Source: Candidatus Methylomirabilia bacterium (lineage in GTDB: Bacteria; Methylomirabilota; Methylomirabilia; Rokubacteriales; CSP1-6). Taken from it: DNA of 21,768 nt. Below are positions 1 to 10,135 of this stretch, in pieces; position 1 is the stretch's first letter, and each line of letters starts with the position of its first letter. Under the pieces are notes generated by a model, which saw only the letters and a list, made by a program, of their open reading frames with translations, did no database searches and was not told the origin of the DNA. The position numbers were made by a program, and so were the translations under genes. The stretch spans positions 1 through 21,768 of the forward strand of contig JBGPXN010000069.1 in assembly GCA_041492755.1 (NCBI GenBank), read 5' to 3'.

Positions 1-15
1 GGAGGCGGCTCTTCC

Positions 16-44
16 TTGACGCTAACCCTGCGCCGCGTTAGTGT
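16..44 (+). promoter_or_regulatory. Putative sigma70 promoter of the mdh/TCA cluster
   Basis: TTGACG (16-21), 17-nt spacer, TAGTGT (39-44), about 110 nt upstream of the mdh ATG. Confidence 0.6.
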
Positions 45-59
45 AATTTCGCTTTCGAG

Positions 60-88
60 CGCCTCCCCGCCGCTGGGCAGGGGAGGCG
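60..88 (+). promoter_or_regulatory. GC-rich stem-loop in the mdh 5' leader
   Basis: CGCCTCCCC (60-68) pairs perfectly with GGGGAGGCG (80-88); followed by AACTTTT. Confidence 0.45.
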
Positions 89-135
89 AACTTTTGCGTG
101 CGCCCGGCCGAGGAGGTCCCGATGTCCACGGTTGA

Positions 136-1128
<993 letters not shown>

Positions 1129-1142
1129 GCGGGAGGCGCATC

Positions 1143-1622
1143 ATGGCCAAGCCGGTTCCCGACGGATATCGAACGGTCACACCCTATCTCACGGTGAAGG
1201 GCGCCGCGCAGGCGATCGAGTTCTACAAGAAGGCGTTCGGCGCGAAGGAAAAGGAGCGGATGTCGGGCCCGGACGGCACGTCGGTCATGCACGCGGAGCT
1301 CGAGTTCGGCGATTCCATCGTCATGCTGAGCGACGAGTTTCCGGGCGGCAATTGCCGCTCGCCGCAGTCGCTGGGTGGCACCTCGGCGTCGGTCTTCCTC
1401 TACGTGCCGGACGTCGACGCCGCCTACAAGCGCGCCGTCGAGGCCGGCGCCAAGCCGGCGATGCCGCTCACGGACATGTTCTGGGGCGACCGCTTCGGCA
1501 AGGTCGTCGATCCGTTCGGCCACGAGTGGAGCATGGCCACGCACAAGGAAGACGTGCCGCCGGCCGAGATGCAGCGCCGCGGCCGCGAGTTCATGGCCCA
1601 GATGGCGGCGGGCAAGAAGTAG
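1143..1622 (+). CDS. VOC/glyoxalase family protein (PhnB-like)
   Basis: MAKPVPDGYRTVTPYL...AIEFYKKAFGA...HAEL...FWGDRFGKVVDPFGHEW; start placed at ATG 1143 after GGGAGG (1131-1136), not at 132 as in the ORF track. Confidence 0.9.
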   Translation: MAKPVPDGYRTVTPYLTVKGAAQAIEFYKKAFGAKEKERMSGPDGTSVMHAELEFGDSIVMLSDEFPGGNCRSPQSLGGTSASVFLYVPDVDAAYKRAVEAGAKPAMPLTDMFWGDRFGKVVDPFGHEWSMATHKEDVPPAEMQRRGREFMAQMAAGKK

Positions 1623-1632
1623 CCCAGGATGA

Positions 1633-1977
1633 ATGCAACTTCCCAATCGGGAAGAGGCCTACGTTCCGACCGGAAAGGTGACCGGGTACTTGTTGTCGCT
1701 TACTCACCCGATTGGTCACTCGAAGGCCAGGTGGTTGCGGGCGCTTGGGTTCGATGACTCAACTGCGGACATGCTGGAGCAAGGCTTGATCGCGATTGCT
1801 CACACCGAGGAGGTTGGTGAGGCCCTTTCGTCACGGCATGGCACCCGATACGTCATCGATGGGAGACTGCCAACGCCGAGCGGAGAGACTACACTCGTTC
1901 GGACGGTATGGATTGTCGATGCGGGACAGACTGCACCGCGTTTCGTCACCGCGTACCCTGCCCGCGTGGACCTGTAA
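1633..1977 (+). CDS. DUF6883-like protein (putative toxin)
   Basis: LPN..A.V...K..GYLLS.THP.G.SKA.W...LGF and VRTVWI....APRFVTAYP pattern; codon usage visibly less GC3-biased than the neighbours. Confidence 0.8.
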   Translation: MQLPNREEAYVPTGKVTGYLLSLTHPIGHSKARWLRALGFDDSTADMLEQGLIAIAHTEEVGEALSSRHGTRYVIDGRLPTPSGETTLVRTVWIVDAGQTAPRFVTAYPARVDL

Positions 1978-1980
1978 GCG

Positions 1981-2211
1981 ATGATCCGCGAACTCGACAC
2001 GGTCGTGCTGACATGTGACGTCGAAGATCAGCACTTGAGGCGGGGAGACGTCGGGGCCGTCGTACACGTCTATGCAGACGGCAAGGCGTTCGAAGTGGAG
2101 TTCGTCACGGCGGAGGGCCGAACGGTCGCGCTCCTGACGCTCGATGCTGGCGATGTCAGACCGATTGCGCGTGGCGAGATTCTGCATGTTCGCGACTTCG
2201 TTCGGGCATGA
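1981..2211 (+). CDS. DUF4926-like protein (putative antitoxin/immunity partner)
   Basis: MIRELDTVVL..D.....L..GDVGAVVHVY....AFEVEFV...G.TVALLTL pattern; starts 3 nt after the DUF6883 stop. Confidence 0.85.
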   Translation: MIRELDTVVLTCDVEDQHLRRGDVGAVVHVYADGKAFEVEFVTAEGRTVALLTLDAGDVRPIARGEILHVRDFVRA

Positions 2212-2248
2212 GTACTGGGCGCCGTTTCGGAGGCCGACGAGACCGACG

Positions 2249-3091
2249 ATGAGAGACATCCACGTCACTGCCATCACCGACGCGATCAAGAAGCTGTGCA
2301 TGGACGCCAACTGGAACCTCGAGCCGGACATGCTGCGCGCCTTCGATCGTGCGCTGACCACCGAGCGCTCGCCCGCGGGCAAGCAGGTGCTGCAGACCCT
2401 CAAGCAGAACGCCGAGATGGCGAAGACGCGCCGCATCCCGTACTGCCAGGACACGGGCATGGTCATCTGCTTCGTCGATCTGGGCCAGGACGTCCACGTC
2501 ACCGGCGGCGGCCTGACCGACGCGATCAACCAGGGCGTCCACCAGGGCTACACCGAGGGCTTCCTGCGCGCCTCCATCGTGCGCTCGCCGTTCGACCGGG
2601 TGAACACCGGCGACAACACGCCGGCGGTGATCCACGTCGACATCGTGCCCGGCGCCGAGATGAAGATCATGCTGATGGCCAAGGGCGGTGGCTGCGAGAA
2701 CCGCTCGAAGTACAAGATGCTGACGCCGGCCGAGGGCGTCGACGGCGTGAAGGAGTGGATCATCGAGTGCGTGCGCACGGCGGGCCCGGACGCCTGCCCG
2801 CCGTTGATCCTGGGCGTCGGCGTGGGCGGCACCTTCGAGAAGGCCGCGATCCTGTCGAAGAAGGCGCTCTTCCGCGAGCTCGGCTCGCCGAACCCCGATC
2901 CCATGGTGGACGCGCTCGAGAAGGAGTTGCTGGACCGCGCCAACCGGCTCGGCATCGGGCCCCAGGGCTACGGTGGCGATACGACGTCGTTCGGCATCCA
3001 CATCCTGACGTACCCGTGCCACATCACGTCGCTCCCGGTCGCCGTCACCATCGAGTGCCACGCCCACCGGCACAAAGAGGTCACGCTGTGA
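2249..3091 (+). CDS. Class I Fe-S fumarate hydratase, alpha subunit (fumarase/tartrate dehydratase family)
   Basis: CQDTG, NTGDNTPA, KGGGCEN, ACPP, GIGPQG, PCHITSLPVAV..ECHAHRH; start ATG 2249 (MRDIHV). Confidence 0.92.
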   Translation: MRDIHVTAITDAIKKLCMDANWNLEPDMLRAFDRALTTERSPAGKQVLQTLKQNAEMAKTRRIPYCQDTGMVICFVDLGQDVHVTGGGLTDAINQGVHQGYTEGFLRASIVRSPFDRVNTGDNTPAVIHVDIVPGAEMKIMLMAKGGGCENRSKYKMLTPAEGVDGVKEWIIECVRTAGPDACPPLILGVGVGGTFEKAAILSKKALFRELGSPNPDPMVDALEKELLDRANRLGIGPQGYGGDTTSFGIHILTYPCHITSLPVAVTIECHAHRHKEVTL

Positions 3092-3131
3092 AAACGGCGG
3101 GCCGCGGCCGGTCCGCGTCCGGAGAGCTGTC

Positions 3132-3713
3132 GTGAGCGTGGTCACGGGGGCGGATGGGATCAAGGACGTCCGGACGCCGCTGAGTGACGCGGACGTCGAG
3201 TCGCTCAAGGCCGGCGATCGCGTCCGCATCAGCGGGGTGATCTACACCGCGCGCGATGCCGCCCACGGCCGGCTGTTCCCGCTCATCGAGAAGGGCGAGA
3301 AGCTGCCGATCGACGTCAAGGGCAGCATCATCTACTACACCGGGCCGTCGCCAGCGCGTCCGGGCGACGTGGTCGGCTCGATCGGGCCGACGACGGCGAG
3401 CCGGATGGACACGTTCACGCCGGCGCTGCTGAAGCTCGGGCTCAAGGGCACGATCGGCAAGGGGTACCGCGGGGCGGCGGTCAAGGACGCGCTCAAGCAG
3501 TATAAGGGCGTGTACTTCGGCGCGATCGGTGGCGCGGGCGCGGTGCTCTCCGAGCACGTCAAGAAGCTCCAGATCGTCGCCTATGAGGACCTTGGCACCG
3601 AGGCGATTCGACGGCTGGAGGTCGATCGGTTTCCCGCGATCGTGATCAACGATTGCCACGGCGGTGACCTGTACGAGGACGGTCGGAAGCAATACGCGAG
3701 GGAGGGTGCATGA
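3132..3713 (+). CDS. Class I Fe-S fumarate hydratase, beta subunit
   Basis: LKAGDRVRISG.IYTARDAAH, GPTTASRMD, IGKG, EDLGTEA; directly follows the alpha subunit. Confidence 0.92.
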   Translation: MSVVTGADGIKDVRTPLSDADVESLKAGDRVRISGVIYTARDAAHGRLFPLIEKGEKLPIDVKGSIIYYTGPSPARPGDVVGSIGPTTASRMDTFTPALLKLGLKGTIGKGYRGAAVKDALKQYKGVYFGAIGGAGAVLSEHVKKLQIVAYEDLGTEAIRRLEVDRFPAIVINDCHGGDLYEDGRKQYAREGA

Positions 3714-4537
3714 CAGAACGCCTCCGGGCGGTTTTCACTGATCAACGCGGACACGTCATGGGGCAGGCGCGCGCGCCGATTGCGGCGCCGACGCTGCGCA
3801 AGGACACGTGGTGGGCCCTGCCGGTCGCGGTCGTGCTCGTGCTCGGCTCCTTCATCGTCTACTCGACGTGGGCGGCATTGCAGAACGCCCACTACTTCGC
3901 CCCGCCGTACCTGTCGCCCTTCTATTCCCCGTGCATCTCGAAATCCTGTCTGCATTCGACGTTCGGCTTCGGGCTGCCCGACTTCACCTTCCCGATCATC
4001 GGCATCGTGTCGCCGGCCTTGCTGATCCTGTGGGGACCGGGGCTCTTCCGGTTGACCTGCTACTACTACCGCAAGGCGTACTACCGCTCGTTCTGGCTGG
4101 CGCCCGCCGCCTGCGCGGTGCGCGACGTCAAGGGCGGCTACCGCGGCGAGACGCGCTTTCCGCTCTTCTTCCAGAACTTCCACCGCTACCTGTGGTACGT
4201 CGCGGTGATCTTCATCGTCCTGCTGACGTGGGACGCCATCCTCGCGTTTCGGTTCCCGAACGGCTTCGGGATCGGCGTCGGCACCATCGTGATGTGGATC
4301 AACGTGATCCTGCTCGCCGGATACACGTTTTCCTGTCACTCCTGCCGGCACGTGTGCGGCGGCCACGTCGACGTCTTCTCCAAGGCGCCGACCCGCTACC
4401 GGCTGTGGCACTTCTTCAGCCGGCTCAACGAGCGGCACCCGATGTACGCGTGGCTGTCGCTGTTCAGCGTGGGGCTGACCGATCTCTACATCCGCCTGGT
4501 CTCCATGGGCGTGATCCGCGATGTGAGGATTCTCTGA
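3710..4537 (+). CDS. sdhC: Succinate dehydrogenase membrane anchor, actinobacterial Sdh1/type F-like (Rv0249c-like)
   Basis: Multi-TM protein with YLSPFYSPC, FRLTCYYYRKAYYRSFW, FQNFHRY, SCHSCRH, LNERH..YAWLSL; ATGA overlap with the fumarase beta stop and GGAGG at 3701-3705; precedes sdhAB. Alternative start at 3758. Confidence 0.85.
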   Translation: MTERLRAVFTDQRGHVMGQARAPIAAPTLRKDTWWALPVAVVLVLGSFIVYSTWAALQNAHYFAPPYLSPFYSPCISKSCLHSTFGFGLPDFTFPIIGIVSPALLILWGPGLFRLTCYYYRKAYYRSFWLAPAACAVRDVKGGYRGETRFPLFFQNFHRYLWYVAVIFIVLLTWDAILAFRFPNGFGIGVGTIVMWINVILLAGYTFSCHSCRHVCGGHVDVFSKAPTRYRLWHFFSRLNERHPMYAWLSLFSVGLTDLYIRLVSMGVIRDVRIL

Positions 4538-4574
4538 TGTGCCGACGGACAGCGCAGTCCGAGAGGAACGTGTG

Positions 4575-6380
4575 ATGGCGACAGCGGGCGGCTACGAGAC
4601 GCACGAGCACGACGTCATCATCATTGGGGCGGGCGGCGCCGGACTGCGGGCGGCCATCGAGGCGGCGGCCCAGGGCGTGTCGGTCGGCCTGATCTGCAAG
4701 TCGCTCCTCGGCAAGGCCCACACCGTGATGGCGGAGGGCGGCGTCGCGGCCGCCCTGGGCAACGTGTACCCGGAGGACAACTGGCAGGTCCACTTCCGCG
4801 ACACCATGCGTGGCGGCAAGATGCTCAACAACTGGCGCATGGCCCAGCTCCACGCCCAGGAGGCGCCGGACCGGGTGCTCGAGCTCGAGCGCTGGGGCGC
4901 GCTGTTCGATCGCACCAAGGACGGGCGCATCCTCCAGCGCGACTTCGGCGGCCACCGGTACGCCCGGCTGGCCCACGTGGGTGACCGCACCGGCCTCGAG
5001 ATGATCCGCACGCTCCAGTACCACGCGATCCACCAGAGCATCGACGTGTACATGGAGTGCAAGCTGGAGCGGCTGCTCCAGGACGACAACGGACGCGTCG
5101 TGGGCGCCTTCGGCTACTGGCGCAACACCGGCCAGTTCGTGGTGTTCAAGGCGAAGGCGGTGGTGCTGGCCACCGGGGGCATCGGCAAGGCGTGGAGGAT
5201 CACCTCGAACTCGTGGGAGTCCACGGGCGACGGCCATTCGCTCGCGGCGTGGGCGGGTGCCGACCTCATCGACATGGAGTTCGTCCAATTCCATCCGACC
5301 GGGATGGTCTGGCCGCCGTCGGTCGCCGGGCTTCTCGTCACCGAGGGGGTGCGCGGGGACGGCGGCACGCTGAAGAACAAGGCCGGCGAGCGCTTCATGT
5401 TCAATTACATTCCCGAGTTCTTCAAGTCCGAGACGGCCGACAATATCGAAGAGGCGGACCGCTGGTACGAGGACAAGTCGAACCGGCGCACCCCCGACCT
5501 GCTCCCGCGTGACGAGGTGGCCCGCGCCATCAACACCGAGGTGAAGGCGGGGCGGGGAAGCCCGCACGGCGGCGTGTTCCTCGACATCGCCAGCCGCCGG
5601 CCGGCCGACTACATCCGCAAGCGCCTGCCCAGCATGTACCATCAGTTCAAGGAGCTGGCCGGCGTCGACATCACGAAGGAGCCGATGGAGGTGGGCCCGA
5701 CCTGCCACTACATGATGGGCGGTGTGCGCGTGGACGCTGATACCACCGCCGCCACCGTCCCCGGGCTCTTCGCCGCCGGCGAGGTTGCCGGTGGCATGCA
5801 CGGCTCCAATCGCCTGGGCGGCAACTCGCTGTCCGACCTCATCGTCTTCGGCCGCCGGGCCGGCCTGCACGCCGGGCTGTACGCGAAGAACTTCGGTGGC
5901 CAGCTCTCCGTGAGCGCCGGCCGCCTGGAGGATCTCGCGCGCGAAGCCCTGGAGCCGCTCACCCGTACCGGCGGCGAGAATCCCTACGCGCTCCAGGCCG
6001 AGCTGCAAGACACGATGCACACGCTCGTCGGGATCATCCGGACCGAGAGCGAGCTGAAGGAGGCGATCACGCGGATCGCCGTCTTCAAGGACCGGGCCCG
6101 GAAGGTGCGGGTCGAGGGCGGCCGCACCTACAACCCGGGCTGGCACACCGCGCTCGACCTCAGCTCGCTCCTCACGGTGGCCGAGTGCGTGACCCGGGCC
6201 GCGCTCGAGCGCACGGAGAGCCGCGGCGGCCACACCCGTGACGACCACCCGTACACCGACGACCAGTGGGGCAAGGTGAACGTCGTCGTCCGGCTGCGCG
6301 ACGGCGGTATCCGCCTCTCTCGCGAGCCGCTGCCGGAGATGCCAGCCGAGCTACGGGCGCTTGTCCAGGAGCGAAAGTGA
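4575..6380 (+). CDS. sdhA: Succinate dehydrogenase/fumarate reductase flavoprotein subunit
   Basis: GAGGAGL, KAHTVMAEGG (covalent FAD His), QFHPTG, TEGVRGDGG, HYMMGG, HGSNRLGGNSL, ESRGGH; ATG 4575 follows GAGAGGA (ORF track start 4539 also possible). Confidence 0.95.
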   Translation: MATAGGYETHEHDVIIIGAGGAGLRAAIEAAAQGVSVGLICKSLLGKAHTVMAEGGVAAALGNVYPEDNWQVHFRDTMRGGKMLNNWRMAQLHAQEAPDRVLELERWGALFDRTKDGRILQRDFGGHRYARLAHVGDRTGLEMIRTLQYHAIHQSIDVYMECKLERLLQDDNGRVVGAFGYWRNTGQFVVFKAKAVVLATGGIGKAWRITSNSWESTGDGHSLAAWAGADLIDMEFVQFHPTGMVWPPSVAGLLVTEGVRGDGGTLKNKAGERFMFNYIPEFFKSETADNIEEADRWYEDKSNRRTPDLLPRDEVARAINTEVKAGRGSPHGGVFLDIASRRPADYIRKRLPSMYHQFKELAGVDITKEPMEVGPTCHYMMGGVRVDADTTAATVPGLFAAGEVAGGMHGSNRLGGNSLSDLIVFGRRAGLHAGLYAKNFGGQLSVSAGRLEDLAREALEPLTRTGGENPYALQAELQDTMHTLVGIIRTESELKEAITRIAVFKDRARKVRVEGGRTYNPGWHTALDLSSLLTVAECVTRAALERTESRGGHTRDDHPYTDDQWGKVNVVVRLRDGGIRLSREPLPEMPAELRALVQERK

Positions 6381-7138
6381 TGGCCACCGTCACCATGCGC
6401 GTGTTCCGCGGCGACCCCAAGGGCGGCGACTTCCGGGAGTACAAAGTGGAGTCCGGCGTGGGAATGGTCGTGCTCGACCTCATCCACCGCATCCAGGCCA
6501 CGCAGGCCCCCGACCTGGCCTGTCGCTGGAACTGCAAGGCGGGCAAGTGCGGCTCGTGCTCGGCGGAGATCGACGGCAAGCCGCGGCTGATGTGCATGAC
6601 CCGCATGGACATCTTCAAGCCCGGCGAGACGATCACGGTGGCGCCCATGCGGACCTTCCCGCTCATCAAGGACCTCGTCACCGACGTGTCCTACAACTAC
6701 GAGAAGGCCAGGAGCATCCCGCCGCTGCGGCCCAAGCCCCCGGAGCCCGACGGCACCTACCGGATGATGCAGGAGGACATCGATCGCATCCAGGAGTTCC
6801 ACAAGTGCATCGAGTGCTTCCTCTGCCAGGACGTCTGCCACGTCATCCGCGACCACGAGGAGCTCAAGGGCTCGTTCGCGGGCCCGCGCTTCTTCATCAA
6901 GGTGGCGGGCCTCGACATGCATCCGCTCGACACCCGCGAGGACCGGCCCGAGTTCGTGCGCAAGCAGGCCGGCGTCGGCCTCTGCAACATCACCAAGTGC
7001 TGTACCGAGGTCTGCCCCGAGCACATCCACATCACCGACAACGGCATCATCCCCATGAAGGAGCGCATGGTCGACGAGTTCGACCCCGTGCTGTGGGTGG
7101 TGCGCAAGCTGCGCGGTGCGGGGAAGCCATCGGCGTGA
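6380..7138 (+). CDS. sdhB: Succinate dehydrogenase/fumarate reductase iron-sulfur subunit
   Basis: CKAGKCGSC...C (2Fe-2S), CIECFLCQDVC, CNITKCCTEVCP; ATG overlaps the sdhA stop (TGATG). Confidence 0.95.
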   Translation: MATVTMRVFRGDPKGGDFREYKVESGVGMVVLDLIHRIQATQAPDLACRWNCKAGKCGSCSAEIDGKPRLMCMTRMDIFKPGETITVAPMRTFPLIKDLVTDVSYNYEKARSIPPLRPKPPEPDGTYRMMQEDIDRIQEFHKCIECFLCQDVCHVIRDHEELKGSFAGPRFFIKVAGLDMHPLDTREDRPEFVRKQAGVGLCNITKCCTEVCPEHIHITDNGIIPMKERMVDEFDPVLWVVRKLRGAGKPSA

Positions 7139-7263
7139 GCCCTGGCTCCGCCGTATCTCTTCGAACACTCTTGCCGGAGTCGTGGTTCGCCTCCACGATC
7201 AAGCGGCGGCGACACGGGTCGCCGAAGCGGACGCCGAACGCGTCATCGAGGAGACCGATCGCC

Positions 7264-7620
7264 ATGGGGATTACGTCGCTCGTGATCGAGGTCGCGAATC
7301 CCGCGACACCATCCGTCACGGAGAGTCTCGAGTTCATCGTGGACTCGGGTGCCGTCTACTCTGTCGTTCCCGCCCCAGTCCTTCGCAAGCTCGGGATCCG
7401 GCCGCTCAAGCGTGAGACGTTCCGTCTCGCGAATGGAACGACCATCGTCCGCCGCAAGGGCGGGGCGGTGTTCAAGTTTCGTGATTACGTCGGCGTCGCG
7501 GACGTGATCTTCGGCGGGGAGGGCGACGCCGTCTTGCTCGGCGCGCTCAGCCTCGAAGCGCTCGGTCTGTCACTCGATCCCATCCGTCGCGAGCTGAAGC
7601 CGATGCCGTTGATGCTGTGA
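7264..7620 (+). CDS. Retropepsin-like (clan AA) aspartyl protease
   Basis: 118 aa; FIVDSGA catalytic motif, LANG flap, [16 protein letters not shown]-terminal motif; GAGGAG RBS at 7248-7253. Confidence 0.85.
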   Translation: MGITSLVIEVANPATPSVTESLEFIVDSGAVYSVVPAPVLRKLGIRPLKRETFRLANGTTIVRRKGGAVFKFRDYVGVADVIFGGEGDAVLLGALSLEALGLSLDPIRRELKPMPLML

Positions 7621-7630
7621 GCCGGCTCGC

Positions 7631-8797
7631 ATGAAAGTCCACGAGTACCAGGCCAAGGCACTGCTGCGTGAGTTCGCCGTCGGCGTGCCGCGCGGCGAGG
7701 TGGCCGAGACCGCCGCCCAGGCGCGCACGGTCGCGGAACGGATGGGCGGACGCGTGGTCGTCAAGGCGCAGGTGCACGCGGGCGGGCGCGGCAAGGGGGG
7801 CGGTATCAAGCTCGCCGCCGACGCGGCGGGTGCGGAAGCCGCTGCGGAGCAGATCATCGGCATGCGGCTCAAGACGCCGCAGACGCCGCCCGAAGGTATC
7901 GAGGTCCACAGTGTGCTGGTGGAGGAAGCCTCCGCGATCGAGCGCGAGCTGTACGTCTCGATCACCCTCGACCGCGCGCGCAGCACCGACGTCGTCATGG
8001 CCTCGGCGGCCGGGGGCATGGACATCGAGGAAGTCGCGGCGCGGACGCCCGAGAAGATCTTCCGCGAGTGGACGCATCCGGCCCTCGGCTTGGCCGACTT
8101 CCAGGCGCGCCGGCTCGCGTTCGCGCTCGGCCTCGCTGGCGACCAGCTCAAGCAGGGCGTCGCGCTGATCCGGAACCTCTTCCGCCTCTACGTGGCCAAG
8201 GACTGCTCGCTGGTCGAGGTGAACCCGCTGGTGGTGACGAAGGACGGGCGGGTGCTGGCGCTCGACGCGAAGGTGAACTTCGACGACAACGCACTGTTTC
8301 GCCACCAGGACGTCGCCGCGCTCCGGGACGTGCGCGAAGAGGCCCCGCTCGACGTCGAGGCGTCGAAGTACGGCCTCAACTACATCAAGCTCGACGGCAA
8401 CGTCGGCTGCATGGTCAACGGGGCCGGCCTCGCCATGGCCACCATGGACATTGTCAAGCTCGCCGGCGGCGCGCCCGCGAACTTCCTCGACGTCGGCGGC
8501 GGCGCCTCCCCCGGGCAGATCGAGAATGCCTTCCGCATCCTGTCCTCGGATCCCAGTGTGAAGGCGGTCTTCATCAACGTCTTCGGCGGGATCCTGCGCT
8601 GCGACCGCCTCGCCGAGGGCGTTATCGCCGCGATCAAGAAGCTCGGTCTGCGCTTGCCGGTCGTCGTCCGCATGGAAGGCACCAACGTGGAACTGGGCAA
8701 GAAGATGCTCGCCGAATCCGGCCTCCTGCTCACCAACGCCGACGACATGGGCGACGGCGCGCGGAAAGCCGTCGCCGCTGCGCGGGGCGCCGCGTGA
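7631..8797 (+). CDS. sucC: Succinyl-CoA synthetase beta subunit
   Basis: [53 protein letters not shown]. Confidence 0.97.
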   Translation: MKVHEYQAKALLREFAVGVPRGEVAETAAQARTVAERMGGRVVVKAQVHAGGRGKGGGIKLAADAAGAEAAAEQIIGMRLKTPQTPPEGIEVHSVLVEEASAIERELYVSITLDRARSTDVVMASAAGGMDIEEVAARTPEKIFREWTHPALGLADFQARRLAFALGLAGDQLKQGVALIRNLFRLYVAKDCSLVEVNPLVVTKDGRVLALDAKVNFDDNALFRHQDVAALRDVREEAPLDVEASKYGLNYIKLDGNVGCMVNGAGLAMATMDIVKLAGGAPANFLDVGGGASPGQIENAFRILSSDPSVKAVFINVFGGILRCDRLAEGVIAAIKKLGLRLPVVVRMEGTNVELGKKMLAESGLLLTNADDMGDGARKAVAAARGAA

Positions 8798-8834
8798 ACC
8801 CGGCCGCGTTCCGAGCGCCGGCCCCCGCCGAAGA

Positions 8835-9707
8835 ATGAGCATCCTCGTCGATCGGCTCACGCGGGTGCTGGTGCAAGGCATCACGGGGCGCGAAGGCGCC
8901 TTCCACGCCGCGCGCTGCCGGGAATACGGTACGACCGTCGTCGGTGGCGTCACGCCCGGCAAGGGCGGCACCCGTCACGAGGGCTTTCCGGTCTGGAACA
9001 CCGTGGCCGAGGCGGTCGCGGCGGAGGGCGTGACCTGTGCGCTCATCTTCGTGCCGCCTCCGGCGGCCGCCGACGCGATCATGGAAGCCGCGTCGGCCGG
9101 CGTGCCGCTGGTGGTGTGTATCACCGAGGGCGTGCCCGTCGGCGACATGGTCCGCGTGAAGCATTTCGTGGCCGGTACCCCGAGCCGGCTCATCGGTCCG
9201 AACTGCCCCGGGATCATCACGCCGGGGCAGGCGAAGATCGGGATCATGCCCGGACACATCCACCGGCCGGGGCCGGTCGGTGTCGTCTCCCGCAGCGGCA
9301 CGTTGACCTACGAAGTCGTCGGACAGCTCACCGGACGGGACATCGGCCAGTCCACGTGCGTGGGCATCGGCGGTGATCCGGTCAACGGCACGAGCTTCGT
9401 GGACGTGCTCCGGCTCTTCAACGACGATCCCGAGACGCGCGCGATCATGATGATCGGCGAGATCGGCGGCACCGCGGAGGAAGAGGCGGCCGCGTACATC
9501 GCCGAGCGCGTGAAGAAGCCGGTGGTCGCGTTCATCTGCGGCCAGACGGCGCCGCCCGGCCGTCGCATGGGGCACGCCGGCGCGATCATCGCGGGGGGAC
9601 GGGGCACGGCGGCTGAAAAGATGAAGGCGCTCGAAGGCGCGGGCGCGACGCTGGTGCGCAGCCCGGCCGACATGGGGGAGACCGTGGCCAAGGTGATCGC
9701 CCGGTGA
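8835..9707 (+). CDS. sucD: Succinyl-CoA synthetase alpha subunit
   Basis: [44 protein letters not shown] (phospho-His). Confidence 0.97.
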   Translation: MSILVDRLTRVLVQGITGREGAFHAARCREYGTTVVGGVTPGKGGTRHEGFPVWNTVAEAVAAEGVTCALIFVPPPAAADAIMEAASAGVPLVVCITEGVPVGDMVRVKHFVAGTPSRLIGPNCPGIITPGQAKIGIMPGHIHRPGPVGVVSRSGTLTYEVVGQLTGRDIGQSTCVGIGGDPVNGTSFVDVLRLFNDDPETRAIMMIGEIGGTAEEEAAAYIAERVKKPVVAFICGQTAPPGRRMGHAGAIIAGGRGTAAEKMKALEGAGATLVRSPADMGETVAKVIAR

Positions 9708-10135
9708 GCGTGGCCACGCAGCGAACGCTCGCCATCATCAAGCCCGACGCGGTCGCCAAGAACGCGATCGGCGCCATCATCAGCCGGATCGAGCAGGCCG
9801 GGTTGAAAGTCGTCGCGGCCAAGCTCGTCCGGCTCACGAAGCCGGAAGCGGAAGGCTTCTACGCCGTCCACCAGGACAAGCCGTTCTTCGGCAGCCTCTG
9901 CGCCTTCATGACGCAGGGGCCGTGCCTGCCCATGGTGCTCGAGGGCGATAACGCCATCCAGCGCTGGCGCGACCTCATGGGGGCGACCGATTTCCGAAAG
10001 GCGGCCCCCGGGACCATCCGCGCCGATTTCGCATCTTCCATCGAGGCCAACGCCGCCCACGGCTCGGACGCGCCGGAGACGGCCGCCTTCGAGATCCCCT
10101 ACTTCTTCAACGCCCGCGAGCTCTGTCCGCGCTGA
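9704..10135 (+). CDS. ndk: Nucleoside-diphosphate kinase
   Basis: [31 protein letters not shown] overlap with the sucD stop. Confidence 0.96.
   Translation: MSVATQRTLAIIKPDAVAKNAIGAIISRIEQAGLKVVAAKLVRLTKPEAEGFYAVHQDKPFFGSLCAFMTQGPCLPMVLEGDNAIQRWRDLMGATDFRKAAPGTIRADFASSIEANAAHGSDAPETAAFEIPYFFNARELCPR

Noticed and set aside
1623..2248. Integron cassette or IS origin for the inserted small genes
   Set aside because: No RYYYAAC...GTTRRRY attC structure, terminal inverted repeats or integrase/transposase seen.
2249..3713. L-tartrate dehydratase ttdAB
   Set aside because: The TCA context and the K-GGG-x-EN and PCHIxSLP motifs favour fumarase; only the Cys is Ttd-like (reported as a finding).
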